Assembly (NCBI GenBank): GCA_963663385.2
Contig: CAXXXD010000003.1
Span: forward strand, 1,408,001-1,472,000
DNA length: 64,000 nt
Direction of reading: 5' to 3'
Source of the DNA: Oceanispirochaeta sp.
GTDB taxonomy: Bacteria; Spirochaetota; Spirochaetia; DSM-2461
Shown: positions 29,419 to 39,012 of the stretch, piece after piece
How the letters are laid out: each line of letters opens with the position of its first letter
Numbering within the stretch: the first letter of the stretch is position 1
Position numbers and translations under genes: made by a program
Notes under the pieces: model-generated
What the model was told of the DNA's origin: nothing
Databases searched by the model: none
The model's input: the letters and a program-made list of their open reading frames with translations, nothing else

Positions 29419-30013
29419 GAAGTTCTCCCTTTTCCATTTTTATGGAAAAGGGATTTTTCACAACCCGGTTACTGATCCCGAAGTCCCCCATATGCCATTC
29501 TAGTTCATCAAGCGGCCAATACAGCCCCTCCGATTTCATACGGCAAGTAGAGAAAAGGGGAAACAGAGAAATCTCGTCTCCCTCCAAAGCCTCAAAAAGG
29601 GATTCTCCCTGCACCAGGGAAAACAAGCTGTTATGGGTTAACCAGTAGTCCGGTTTCTGCTTTCTGTGAAATAAGGCGTAAATAGCCAGAAAATGATCAG
29701 CCCGTCCCCCGCCTCCTCCAAGCAGAACAATTGATTCACAACCCTTACTGTAAAGATGCTGAAGCCCCAGCTCCGTATCCGTATAATCTTTCTCAACCGG
29801 ATGCCGTTCAATCATACTTTCGGAATAATCCTTCAGAATGCTTTTATCATCCAGAGAATCCATATCGCCAATTATATAATCGGGATGAATACTGTGAGCC
29901 CGGCAGTAATCCAACCCGGAATCGGCAGCAACAATATAATCTGCCTGAAAGATCAGGGGTTTAACTATGTCATAAGGAGGCTGGTTTCCTCCGGTAATTA
30001 CTATCCCTCTCAA
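29378..30013 (-). CDS. thiN: thiamine diphosphokinase
   Basis: AADSG, IGDMDS, KDYTDTE, GGRADH, GLYWPL, GISN. Confidence 0.93.
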   Translation of the reverse strand: MRGIVITGGNQPPYDIVKPLIFQADYIVAADSGLDYCRAHSIHPDYIIGDMDSLDDKSILKDYSESMIERHPVEKDYTDTELGLQHLYSKGCESIVLLGGGGGRADHFLAIYALFHRKQKPDYWLTHNSLFSLVQGESLFEALEGDEISLFPLFSTCRMKSEGLYWPLDELEWHMGDFGISNRVVKNPFSIKMEKGELLMIQDLTRAILPS

Positions 30014-30049
30014 AAAAAACTCCTTTTTAAAAAAAACATTATATTTTTC

Positions 30050-30076
30050 TAAAGGATGATTTTCAAGTTCCGAAAA
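30050..30076 (+). promoter_or_regulatory. sigma28 (FliA) promoter of flagellin
   Basis: TAAA-15 nt-TCCGAAAA. Confidence 0.8.
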
Positions 30077-30081
30077 TTTAA

Positions 30082-30126
30082 AAAGCGAATAAGGATGTTT
30101 GCTTTATGAGTTATATCAAGGAGGAT
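30082..30126 (+). promoter_or_regulatory. putative CsrA-binding sites in the flaB leader
   Basis: AAAGCGAATA-AGGA-TGTTTGCTTT hairpin with AAGGA in the loop region, plus AAGGAGGA at the SD. Confidence 0.7.
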
Positions 30127-30133
30127 ATACACT

Positions 30134-30994
30134 ATGATAATTAATCACAACCTGAGCGCCATGAATACACAGCGCGCATCAAAGATCAACAACTGGGGTT
30201 CTGCCAAGAACATAGCCGCTCTCTCATCTGGAATGAGAATCAATAAAGCCGGAGATGACGCATCCGGTCTGGCTGTTTCCGAGAAAATGCGATCTCAGAT
30301 CAGAGGCTTAAATCAGGCTTCGAGAAATGCGTCTGACGGCATCTCTTTTATCCAGACAGCAGAAGGATTCCTTCAGGAAACGACTGATGTTCTGCAAAGA
30401 CTGAGAGAACTTGCCGTACAGGCTTCCAACGGTATCTATACATCAGAAGACAGAATGCAGATTCAGGTTGAAGTTTCGCAACTGGTGGACGAATTGGACA
30501 GAGTAGCGTCACATGCCCAGTTCAATGGACTCAACATGCTCACGGGCCGTTTTGCTGCTTCCACAGGCGAGAATTCCGTAACAAGCTCCATGTGGCTCCA
30601 TATCGGCGCCAATATGGATCAGAGAGAGCAGGTCTTTATCGGAACCATGACTTCCTCCGCACTGGGTGTCAGGCAGGTAGCAACCGGCAATATCATGTCT
30701 ATTTCGACCCCGGAACAGGCCAACAGAAATATTGGCGTTCTGGATCAGGCTCTTAAAATTGTCAACAAACAGAGGGCTGACCTTGGTGCCTACCAGAACA
30801 GACTGGAAATGGCTGTCAGAGGCATTGACGTGGGCGCTGAAAACCTGCAGGCATCAGAATCCAGAATCAGAGACCTTGATATGGCTAAAGAAACTGTTGA
30901 GTTCACAAAGAACCAGATCCTCGGACAGGCCAGCAATGCCATGCTTGCTCAGGCTAACCAGAGACCGCAGCAGGTCCTTCAGCTTCTGCAGTAG
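30134..30994 (+). CDS. flaB: periplasmic flagellar core flagellin FlaB
   Basis: MIINHN...[18 protein letters not shown]; 286 aa with no variable outer domain. Confidence 0.97.
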   Translation: MIINHNLSAMNTQRASKINNWGSAKNIAALSSGMRINKAGDDASGLAVSEKMRSQIRGLNQASRNASDGISFIQTAEGFLQETTDVLQRLRELAVQASNGIYTSEDRMQIQVEVSQLVDELDRVASHAQFNGLNMLTGRFAASTGENSVTSSMWLHIGANMDQREQVFIGTMTSSALGVRQVATGNIMSISTPEQANRNIGVLDQALKIVNKQRADLGAYQNRLEMAVRGIDVGAENLQASESRIRDLDMAKETVEFTKNQILGQASNAMLAQANQRPQQVLQLLQ

Positions 30995-31021
30995 ACCATC
31001 AGATTTATATCCCTTACAATC

Positions 31022-31047
31022 AACCCGGCTAAACAGCCGGGTTTTTT
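31022..31047 (+). terminator. flaB intrinsic terminator
   Basis: AACCCGGCT-AAAC-AGCCGGGTT followed by T run. Confidence 0.9.
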
Positions 31048-31093
31048 CTATTATTATTGACAACAATTCCCATGGAGGGTACCTTCCTTTAAG

Positions 31094-32446
31094 ATGAAAA
31101 TTAAAGTGCCACATGATGTTATATCCATTTCCAGAATACTCACAAATGCCGGATATCAGTGTTACATGGTTGGTGGCGCCGTCCGGGATCAGCTTCTGGG
31201 ACTGCCGGCCAAAGATTACGACCTGTGTACTGATGCCACACCGGAAACGGTTATTTCACTTTTCAGAAAAGTAATCCCTACAGGCATAAAACATGGAACT
31301 GTGACGATTCTCTACAGACAATCGCCCTATGAAATAACGACATTCAGAATTGACGGCGAATACAGCGATGGCAGAAGACCCGATAAAATCCATTATACCA
31401 ATGATCTGCATGAAGACTTGATTCGCCGTGACTTTACTATAAATTCTATAGCCTACGATATCGGTAAAAAAAAGATAATAGATCCCAATGGAGGCCGTAA
31501 GGACTTAAATGATAAATTCATAAGGGCAATTGGCAAACCTGAAGAGCGGTTTAACGAAGATGGTTTGCGTTCAATCAGAGCCTGCCGTTTCGCCTCTCAA
31601 CTGAATTTCAGAGTACTCCCTGAAACCATTGCTGGAATAAAACACTGCCTTCACAATATCCCCGAGCTATCCAGAGAACGGATCTACGATGAGTTTATAA
31701 AAATAATGCAGAGTGATAAACCTTCCATTTCTTTTGATCTCTTCAGAGAAACAGGAATCCTCCCGCTTATTTTCCCGGAGCTTGATAGATGCATTGGAGT
31801 GGATCAGAAGGGGAATCACGATTACGACGTCTACACTCACCTCCTTAAGAGCTGTGACAGCGCCCGCAAGAACAATATAGACGTTAGAATAGCGGCCCTG
31901 TTCCACGACATTGGCAAACCGAAGGCTAAAGCGTTTGATCAGGATGGTATTGCAACCTTTTATCACCATGAAACGGTTTCTGCAAGGATTGCCGAAAAGA
32001 TAATGCTGCGTTATCGCTTTCCTAAAGAACGCATGAATCGCATTCTCCATTTAATACGAAACCACATGTTCCATTTTACACCGGATTGGACAGATGCCGC
32101 TGTCAGACGTTTTATCCGGAAAATAGGATTGGAAAACCTGGAAGACCAGTACCTCCTGCGGTCTGCTGATATTAAAGGCATATCCGATAGCGAGGAATGC
32201 AACTCTGACAATCTGAATCAGCTTAAAGAACGGGTTCTTAAAATTCTTCAGGAAGAAAATGCCTTCTCAATAAAAGACTTGTCTGTTAACGGGAATGATC
32301 TTATAGATGTTCTGCAGATACCAAAAGGTCCAAGAATCGGCCAAATACTGGAATTTCTGCTTGAGTCTGTTCTTGAAGACCCTTCCCAGAACACCAGGGA
32401 AAAGCTATTGCTGATAGCCAGAAACTTTAACAATACACTGAAATAA
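31094..32446 (+). CDS. cca: CCA tRNA nucleotidyltransferase with HD domain
   Basis: VGGAVRD, DYD, RRDFTIN, EDxLR, HDIGK. Confidence 0.9.
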   Translation: MKIKVPHDVISISRILTNAGYQCYMVGGAVRDQLLGLPAKDYDLCTDATPETVISLFRKVIPTGIKHGTVTILYRQSPYEITTFRIDGEYSDGRRPDKIHYTNDLHEDLIRRDFTINSIAYDIGKKKIIDPNGGRKDLNDKFIRAIGKPEERFNEDGLRSIRACRFASQLNFRVLPETIAGIKHCLHNIPELSRERIYDEFIKIMQSDKPSISFDLFRETGILPLIFPELDRCIGVDQKGNHDYDVYTHLLKSCDSARKNNIDVRIAALFHDIGKPKAKAFDQDGIATFYHHETVSARIAEKIMLRYRFPKERMNRILHLIRNHMFHFTPDWTDAAVRRFIRKIGLENLEDQYLLRSADIKGISDSEECNSDNLNQLKERVLKILQEENAFSIKDLSVNGNDLIDVLQIPKGPRIGQILEFLLESVLEDPSQNTREKLLLIARNFNNTLK

Positions 32447-32460
32447 CAAAGTAACTGATC

Positions 32461-33225
32461 TTAGACGATTATTGAATCGGACTCAGCCAGACGTTTATAG
32501 GCACTCTCTGCGGCATTCTGCTCAGCCTCTTTCTTATTCTTTCCTTCACCAGGACCGTAATTGGAACCATTTATTTCAACTTCGACCCAAAAAGTTTTAT
32601 TGTGATCGGGTCCGGATTTTTTAACAATTTGGTATTTAGGGTAGGTTTTGTAATTCTTTTGGGAGAATTCCTGAAGCAGGGATTTATAATCCCTTTTGTG
32701 TTTATTATGAAGCACTTTATCAATTTGCGGAATCAGAAGGTTCAGAATAAAGCGGGAGCACTCCTTGAATCCGTTGTCCAGAAAATAGGCTCCAAATATA
32801 GCTTCCATACAGTCTGCCAGAATTGCCTTCTTAAGACGGCCGCCGGAGTTCTCCTCACCTTTTCCGATAAGAAGATACTCGTTTACTTCCAATGTCAATG
32901 CAATTTCCGCGAGACTTTCCTCGCTTACGACAAATGATTTAATTCTGGCCAGATCACCTTCAACTTTTTCCGGAAGAAGATTAAACAGATATTCTGCCGC
33001 CACAAGCCCTAAAACAGAATCACCAAGAAACTCAAGCTTTTCGTTGTTATCATTAATACTCTGATTTTCATTGGCATAAGACCTGTGACAAAAAGCAAGG
33101 TTCAGAAGATCGTATCTCCTGAACCTTATTGCTGCCTTTTTTTCAAAAGACTGTAGGGACTTTTTCCTTTCATTGCTTAATGGAATTGTTACAAAATTAC
33201 CTGAATTCAAAGGAAAAAGCTTCAC
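32461..33225 (-). CDS. rnc: ribonuclease III
   Basis: NEKLEFLGDSVL signature; C-terminal dsRBD. Confidence 0.97.
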   Translation of the reverse strand: MKLFPLNSGNFVTIPLSNERKKSLQSFEKKAAIRFRRYDLLNLAFCHRSYANENQSINDNNEKLEFLGDSVLGLVAAEYLFNLLPEKVEGDLARIKSFVVSEESLAEIALTLEVNEYLLIGKGEENSGGRLKKAILADCMEAIFGAYFLDNGFKECSRFILNLLIPQIDKVLHNKHKRDYKSLLQEFSQKNYKTYPKYQIVKKSGPDHNKTFWVEVEINGSNYGPGEGKNKKEAEQNAAESAYKRLAESDSIIV

Positions 33226-33239
33226 AAATAGTTCTTTAA

Positions 33240-33479
33240 TTATTTACCCAGCTCTGAGTTGATGAAATCAAGAGCATCAGAAACTTTTTCAAATTCAGTT
33301 GCTTTTTCATCAGGAACAGAAACACCGAGTTCAGAATCGATTGCATAGAGCAACTCATAAGTATCAAGGCTGTCGGCTCCCAGATCTTCTCTAAAGCGAG
33401 CATCGGGAGTAATTTTATCCTCTTCTACTTCCAGCTTTTCAGCAATCAGTTTTTTCAGTTTTTCAAACATATCATCCAT
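33240..33479 (-). CDS. acpP: acyl carrier protein
   Basis: DLGADSLD motif. Confidence 0.97.
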   Translation of the reverse strand: MDDMFEKLKKLIAEKLEVEEDKITPDARFREDLGADSLDTYELLYAIDSELGVSVPDEKATEFEKVSDALDFINSELGK

Positions 33480-33498
33480 ATTAATAGACTCCTTCTAT

Positions 33499-33687
33499 TT
33501 AAGCCATATCCTCAGGCTCAATTATTTGATTTCCTTTATAGAAACCGCATTTAGGACAAACTCTGTGACGCAGAATTTTATTTCCGCAATTACTGCAAGA
33601 AACCATAGTGGGAACGCCCATTTTCATATTGATTGAACGATGTCTCCTGGTTCTTGCTTTTGAAGTTTTATATTTAGGTACTGCCAT
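33499..33687 (-). CDS. rpmF: 50S ribosomal protein L32 (Zn-binding type)
   Basis: MAVPK..., CSNC...HRVCPKCG. Confidence 0.97.
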   Translation of the reverse strand: MAVPKYKTSKARTRRHRSINMKMGVPTMVSCSNCGNKILRHRVCPKCGFYKGNQIIEPEDMA

Positions 33688-33722
33688 TTTATAATCCTCG
33701 CTTAGCTGTTATTGACTGAAAG

Positions 33723-33751
33723 AATATAGTATTTCTCTTTTTTTTTGTCAA
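33723..33751 (-). promoter_or_regulatory. sigma70 promoter of rpmF-acpP-rnc
   Basis: TTGACA-17 nt-TATATT. Confidence 0.75.
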
Positions 33752-33781
33752 GGTACTTCTTTTTGTTAAAATAAATAAGCT

Positions 33782-34276
33782 TTAATCAGTTAGTTTCTCC
33801 TCCATAATTTTGCGCCTGATAAGAGACTCTACATTTTGAGGAACCATCTTACTGACATCCGCGCCCAGCTGTACAAGTTCTTTTATTGAGGATGAACGAA
33901 GAACAAAATATTTTTGTGAAGTTGGCAGAAATACTGTCTCAATATGAGGCGAAAGCTGTTTATTCATCATGGAAAGTTCAAATTCATAACCAAAATCCGC
34001 AATAGCTCTCACTCCCCTCAGGATAACACTGATACTGTTAGTTGCTGCGTAATCAACAATCAGTTTATCCCAAAGCGTCACTTTTACATTCTGTATCCCG
34101 TTGGTCATCTCCTGTATCAGCTTAAACCGCTCCTGAGAATCCAGAAGGTACTTTTTCTGGGGATTATTGGAAATTACTACATCGAGAGAATCAAATAATT
34201 CAGACCCTCTTTTTATAAGATCAAGATGTCCATTTGTCGGAGGATCAAATGATCCGGGGAATACTGCTTTTACCAT
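33782..34276 (-). CDS. coaD: phosphopantetheine adenylyltransferase (start at MVKAV)
   Basis: FPGSFDPPTNGH, RGVR, SSS motifs. Confidence 0.96.
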   Translation of the reverse strand: MVKAVFPGSFDPPTNGHLDLIKRGSELFDSLDVVISNNPQKKYLLDSQERFKLIQEMTNGIQNVKVTLWDKLIVDYAATNSISVILRGVRAIADFGYEFELSMMNKQLSPHIETVFLPTSQKYFVLRSSSIKELVQLGADVSKMVPQNVESLIRRKIMEEKLTD

Positions 34277-34398
34277 AACAGGGAGTATAATAGTTATTTT
34301 ACAGAATCTAGTAAATAGAAGATCCAAATCCCCCAATAATTCAAGAACATTTTTTTTTCTTTTTGACAATTCCAGTCGAAATGGATAGACTGGGTTCT

Positions 34399-35025
34399 AT
34401 GAATAAATGTGTGAAATTTTTACTATTCGGACCAGTTTTCTGGACCGTAATCTCATTTACATCCTGCCAGTCAAGCCCGGATGTGAAAGAGCCGTCTGAT
34501 ACGGCTGTTCAGAATGAGATCAAACCGGAGACAGCAGTTTCCGAGCAGCCGATGGCGGAGGAACCTACTCCGGAAGCGGAACCGGAGGAACCTGCTCCCG
34601 AAGAACCAAAGGACGTCATCGTCAATGAAGAAACCGGGTTTGAAGTTTCCAAAGAGAAGTATGAACAGACTCTTGACGAAATGAGAGAGCTGATTGACAC
34701 ACTCAACAATATCATTTCCAACAGAAAATATGAAAAGTGGAAATTATTTTTGTCGGAAGAGTATATCAAAACTTACAATGATCCTGTAAAATTGAAACAG
34801 ATTTCAGATCAGTCCCAGATACTTTCAGACAACAGGATTGTTTTAACAAATCTGAAGGATTACTTCGACTGGGTTGTTGTACCTAGCCGTTCTGCTGCCA
34901 GGGTTGATGACATAGTCTTCCTGGACGACAAAAGACTTGTTGTTTACATGAAAATAAACAATAAGAACACTATTTTGTATCAATTGGAAAATATTGATGA
35001 AAAATGGCAAATAAGTGTTTGGTAA
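34399..35025 (+). CDS. hypothetical lipoprotein
   Basis: SFTS-C lipobox, Pro/Glu-rich linker; start moved to MNKCV behind a TTGACA-17-TAGACT promoter. Confidence 0.8.
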   Translation: MNKCVKFLLFGPVFWTVISFTSCQSSPDVKEPSDTAVQNEIKPETAVSEQPMAEEPTPEAEPEEPAPEEPKDVIVNEETGFEVSKEKYEQTLDEMRELIDTLNNIISNRKYEKWKLFLSEEYIKTYNDPVKLKQISDQSQILSDNRIVLTNLKDYFDWVVVPSRSAARVDDIVFLDDKRLVVYMKINNKNTILYQLENIDEKWQISVW

Positions 35026-35066
35026 ACATATTAAAAGGATTATATACTGATATTAGGGAGTTTAGT

Positions 35067-35768
35067 ATGAAAAGATTGCAATTTATTTCTTTGATTCTGA
35101 CTGTGTTCATTGCTATTGGCAGCCTCACTGCAGAGGAAAACGAACAGACAATTGAAGAATTATACCTTCAAAGTCAGGTAAAAGTTAAAATTATAAAAGC
35201 TGAAGCGGATTCCATTGACCGTGATATGAAAATGATAGCTCTTCAGGATATTGAAGAGATGGTAGGGGATGGACAGATTTCGGGTGACGATAAGCAGATG
35301 ATTGGAATTCTGAGCAGTCTGGGATCAGAAGGTATCTCCAACCAGGTAATCGAACAGGGTGCGGTGATCAATGATTTCCCAATTGTTCGTAAAGAAGCCT
35401 GCAGGATTCTGGGAGAAATCGGCGGGGATTACGCAAGGGAGGCTCTTGTCAGTGTCCTGATATCTGAACCGGAACCAATGGTTATGGCTGAGGCGGTTGT
35501 TGCGCTATCTAAAGTTGGTCCAGACGAACAGGGCGTTGTACTGGCAGTTATTGCCGATTCAATGCGGTCTCAAACGGCTCTTAACAAAGACAACAATTTT
35601 GCAAATGCCTTTATACTGGCTATTGATAATCTGGCGCAGAATAATGATGGTGTAGATGATCTTCGTGTTTTTGAAGAACTTACAAAAATCGCAGATCCCA
35701 GAAGTGGCTATATCACCGTAGTCAGAAAGAAGGCTTTTGAATTATTAAAATCCCTACAAAGTTTTTAA
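35067..35768 (+). CDS. exported HEAT-repeat protein
   Basis: GGGAG SD, signal peptide, VRKEACRILGEIG repeat. Confidence 0.8.
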   Translation: MKRLQFISLILTVFIAIGSLTAEENEQTIEELYLQSQVKVKIIKAEADSIDRDMKMIALQDIEEMVGDGQISGDDKQMIGILSSLGSEGISNQVIEQGAVINDFPIVRKEACRILGEIGGDYAREALVSVLISEPEPMVMAEAVVALSKVGPDEQGVVLAVIADSMRSQTALNKDNNFANAFILAIDNLAQNNDGVDDLRVFEELTKIADPRSGYITVVRKKAFELLKSLQSF

Positions 35769-35786
35769 ATAATAATATTTCCAATT

Positions 35787-35819
35787 AAAAAAAGGGGACT
35801 TTATCAAGTCCCCTTTTTT
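35787..35819. terminator. bidirectional intrinsic terminator
   Basis: A7-GGGGACTT-TATC-AAGTCCCC-T6 between convergent genes. Confidence 0.9.
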
Positions 35820-36219
35820 ATAGGATTTCTTTTTTCAATCGACTCCGCCAGTCTGGTTGATCCTCTTTTACTTCTTCGTATTCAATTTCTTTAATAATTT
35901 TAAAGTTCTTATTCTGATTATTCTCATAATGAATTACACCGAATTTTCCATGCCCAAGGTAAACAACTTTTTCGTTTTCCTGAACAGCTTCATTCTTGGC
36001 TATTTCTTTAATAATACAATCAAAATGTGCGGGTTCACCCGAATTCTTTTCGGTAATGGCAGAACTCAGATCCCGGATATTTTTACCACATATAGAACAC
36101 AAAAAAGAGGGGCCCGTATAACTGGAGATATTCCGATTATTCCTTTTACCTTTAAAACGGTTCCGGTTTCCCCGCTTAACAGGCTTACTATTGGAACTTG
36201 ACACCACTTTTATCCTCAT
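35818..36219 (-). CDS. hypothetical protein with basic N-terminal tail and putative Zn site (start possibly GTG at 36207/36204)
   Basis: Arg/Asn/Lys-rich N-terminus; CSIC...HFDC. Confidence 0.75.
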   Translation of the reverse strand: MRIKVVSSSNSKPVKRGNRNRFKGKRNNRNISSYTGPSFLCSICGKNIRDLSSAITEKNSGEPAHFDCIIKEIAKNEAVQENEKVVYLGHGKFGVIHYENNQNKNFKIIKEIEYEEVKEDQPDWRSRLKKEIL

Positions 36220-36352
36220 TCATTGTTACAATTTCATTTGTCAGAGTAGCAGCTATTCTTCTAATAGCACTTTCCATATAGGATTTATCATCAATTTTAT
36301 GCTTTAACTCTGCCAATTTCTTTGGGTCTGTATTTTTTGCAATACGTACCAT
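36188..36352 (-). CDS. 54-aa protein resembling the FlgM C-terminus (not in ORF track)
   Basis: MVRIAKNTDPKKLAELKHKIDDKSYMESAIRRIAATLTNEIVTMNEDKSGVKFQ*; AAGGAG SD; overlaps the next gene. Confidence 0.75.
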   Translation of the reverse strand: MVRIAKNTDPKKLAELKHKIDDKSYMESAIRRIAATLTNEIVTMNEDKSGVKFQ

Positions 36353-36679
36353 TCGGAGCTCCTTCTCCCTATTTGATTTCTATACAACCCGATTCTTCTA
36401 TCCTCCATGACATAAGAATCAGATCATTACCTGTTTTGCTTCCTCATTGAGGGAGCTTTCCCTCATCCCTGAACAATAAAGAAAACAGTTTTAATCATTC
36501 AAAACAGCCTGTCCTCAAAGGATCTGCTATTTGCCACTTCAAAGAAAGTTTTTATATCCCTTACAATATAATATCGTCTTCTCTGACAACTTTCCTGAAA
36601 CAACTTTTATAATTATTTGAAGGCTTCCTGATCAGCCCCACCCTTACGAACTCCTCCCTTTGCTTTCTTTAAAAGAAAA

Positions 36680-37816
36680 TTACTTATCCACCAGAAGCGA
36701 GTTCAAGTCAACTGCTTTTACAATAAACAGATCCTTTTTTTCAAGCAGGTTCAATACAGGTCCCATATCGCCGGGATACTCCTTTCCTGCCCCGTCTATC
36801 AGAGTAATTACCACAGGCCTCAGCGGAGCCTCAGGATTCCCCTTTATAACTCGGGCAACAGTGGAATCATTCAGCATGACAATACTACCCAGAGGATATA
36901 TACCCATGCTCTTAATAAAGTACCGCAGGATTTCAGGATCGAACTTTCTGGAGTTATCGCTGATAATACTCTTCATAGCCTCATATCCGATCATGGAGTT
37001 TCTGTAGGGTCTCTCGCTTACCATTGCCTCAAACGCGTCCGCTATAGACACGATACGCGCCTCCAGCAGGATATCCTCCGTTTTCTTACCCTGGGGATAA
37101 CCTTCACCATCCCAACGTTCATGATGCTCCAGAGCAATACGGGCAACAGAATCCTCGTACTTCAACTCCTTGGATATGATCTGATAGGAGAAAACCGGAT
37201 GACTTTTCAGCTTTGTCATTTCTTCGGGATTCAACCCCGATTTCTTAGCCTTAATTTCATCAGGAACCCTCATCATTCCTATATCATGAAGTATAGCTCC
37301 GTTACAGAGCTGAAGGAGCTTTGGTCTTGGCCTCTCCATGGCAAAACCGATAGTAAGGGCCAGAATAGCCGTATTCAAAGCGCTTTTTGCTATTGCCTTA
37401 TTTGCGCTATTATGCGTCAGAACCATTCTCACGGACTGAATATACTTATCCTCAACCGTATCCACCAGCTTGTCAGATATCTGATCAATCTCCTTGATAT
37501 CAACATCTTCCATTTTATCAATTCGGGCAAAGAGTGTATCCAGTTTATTTAAGGTTTCATTATAAATGGCAGAAAGCTCTTTATCAGAGGGGATACCCCA
37601 TAAAAGCTTACTGTTCATAAGATCCTCATTTTGGGTTTCAACAAATTGACCTTCAGAGAGAACTTCGTCTACTCCCCATTTTTCCAACCGGGACAGATCC
37701 TTCTCTCTTACCGGTACACCGGCAGGGATAAAAAGTGTATCCTCATCAATATATACAGGCTTGTTACAGCTCAAACCCGGTTTAAGATCGCTTACTTTGT
37801 AGTGATTCATGGTCAA
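36680..37816 (-). CDS. HD-GYP c-di-GMP phosphodiesterase
   Basis: LHDIG, HHERWDGEGYP, IADAFEAM, RPYR. Confidence 0.92.
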   Translation of the reverse strand: MTMNHYKVSDLKPGLSCNKPVYIDEDTLFIPAGVPVREKDLSRLEKWGVDEVLSEGQFVETQNEDLMNSKLLWGIPSDKELSAIYNETLNKLDTLFARIDKMEDVDIKEIDQISDKLVDTVEDKYIQSVRMVLTHNSANKAIAKSALNTAILALTIGFAMERPRPKLLQLCNGAILHDIGMMRVPDEIKAKKSGLNPEEMTKLKSHPVFSYQIISKELKYEDSVARIALEHHERWDGEGYPQGKKTEDILLEARIVSIADAFEAMVSERPYRNSMIGYEAMKSIISDNSRKFDPEILRYFIKSMGIYPLGSIVMLNDSTVARVIKGNPEAPLRPVVITLIDGAGKEYPGDMGPVLNLLEKKDLFIVKAVDLNSLLVDK

Positions 37817-37890
37817 AACCTTTTAATAAAAAAGAATTATCTATTTAAAATATACCATAAATGAAATATAAATGATGCACTTTTTTAGAT

Positions 37891-37918
37891 AAAAAAAGAG
37901 CTTCCCGAAGGAAGCTCT
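37891..37918 (-). terminator. terminator of the ffh-rplS operon
   Basis: AGAGCTTCC-TTCG-GGAAGCTCT followed by T run. Confidence 0.88.
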
Positions 37919-37923
37919 CAGAA

Positions 37924-38292
37924 TTAGGCATTCTTTTCTTTTCTTTTCATAAGCTGTTTGACTTTTGCTGCTTTTCCTACCCGGTCACGGATATAGTACA
38001 GCTTGGCCCGACGAACCTTACCCATTCTTGAAACTTCAATTTTCTCAATTTTCGGAGAGTGGATAGGGAAAATTCTCTCCACTCCTACCCCGTAAGAAAT
38101 TTTACGAACAGTTACGGTTCTATTGATTCCGGTATTATTCAAAGCGATTACAAGCCCTTCATAAACCTGAACACGCTCAGTTTTACCTTCAATGATTTTA
38201 TAGTGAACTTTAATTGTATCACCAATTCTGAAATTCTCAGCATTTTCCTTTAACTGTTCAGCTTCAACAGCACGTATGATATCCATCATCAT
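37924..38292 (-). CDS. rplS: 50S ribosomal protein L19
   Basis: [24 protein letters not shown]. Confidence 0.98.
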   Translation of the reverse strand: MMMDIIRAVEAEQLKENAENFRIGDTIKVHYKIIEGKTERVQVYEGLVIALNNTGINRTVTVRKISYGVGVERIFPIHSPKIEKIEVSRMGKVRRAKLYYIRDRVGKAAKVKQLMKRKEKNA

Positions 38293-38310
38293 CCTCCTGT
38301 CTAATTTTTC

Positions 38311-39012
38311 TCATCCATCTGCCTTTGCTTTATCAGACAGTTTATTCGAAACAAGCAAATCTGGACGATTCATTTTTGTTTTTTCAACCCGCTTTTTCAG
38401 CCGCCATTCTTCTATTTTTGCATGATGGCCTGAAAGCAGAACATCCGGAACCTTTTCTCCGCGGAAAACTTCCGGTCTGGTATAATGAGGATACTCCAGC
38501 AAAGCCCCCTGAAAGCTTTCCTCTTCCAGAGATTCTCTGGTAATAACCCCATCGCAGAGACGATAGATACTGTCAATAACAACCAGTGAAGCAATTTCGC
38601 CGGATGAAATAACATAGTCTCCGATACAGACTTCATCATCTACATAATGGTCAATGATCCTCTGATCTATCCCTTCGTATCTACCGCAAATAAGTACGAT
38701 CTCTTCTTCATGAGCCAGGGTTTCCGCTATCTCCTGAGTGTATTTTACTCCGGAAGGTGTCGGAAAGACTGTTCTTTTTGACTTGGCGCCAACCGAGTCA
38801 AGTGCTTCTGCAAGAGGTTCCGCCTTCAGAACCATTCCCGCTCCCCCGCCATAGGGCGAATCATCACAGGTCCTGTGCCTGTCTGTGGCAAAATCCCTGA
38901 TATTGACCAGCTCATACTGAATCAAACCCTTCTCTACCGCTTTTTCCATAATGGAACTTTTAAAAAAACTTTCTACTATCTCAGGAAACAATGTCAATAT
39001 TGTAAACTTCAA
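38311..39012 (-). CDS. trmD: tRNA (guanine37-N1)-methyltransferase
   Basis: DDSPYGGGAGM, CGRYEGID, SGGE-like SSGE, YTRP. Confidence 0.98.
   Translation of the reverse strand: MKFTILTLFPEIVESFFKSSIMEKAVEKGLIQYELVNIRDFATDRHRTCDDSPYGGGAGMVLKAEPLAEALDSVGAKSKRTVFPTPSGVKYTQEIAETLAHEEEIVLICGRYEGIDQRIIDHYVDDEVCIGDYVISSGEIASLVVIDSIYRLCDGVITRESLEEESFQGALLEYPHYTRPEVFRGEKVPDVLLSGHHAKIEEWRLKKRVEKTKMNRPDLLVSNKLSDKAKADG

Noticed and set aside
34277..34369. N-terminal extension of CoaD in the ORF track
   Set aside because: Family similarity begins at MVKAVFPGSFDP and the extension covers promoter sequence
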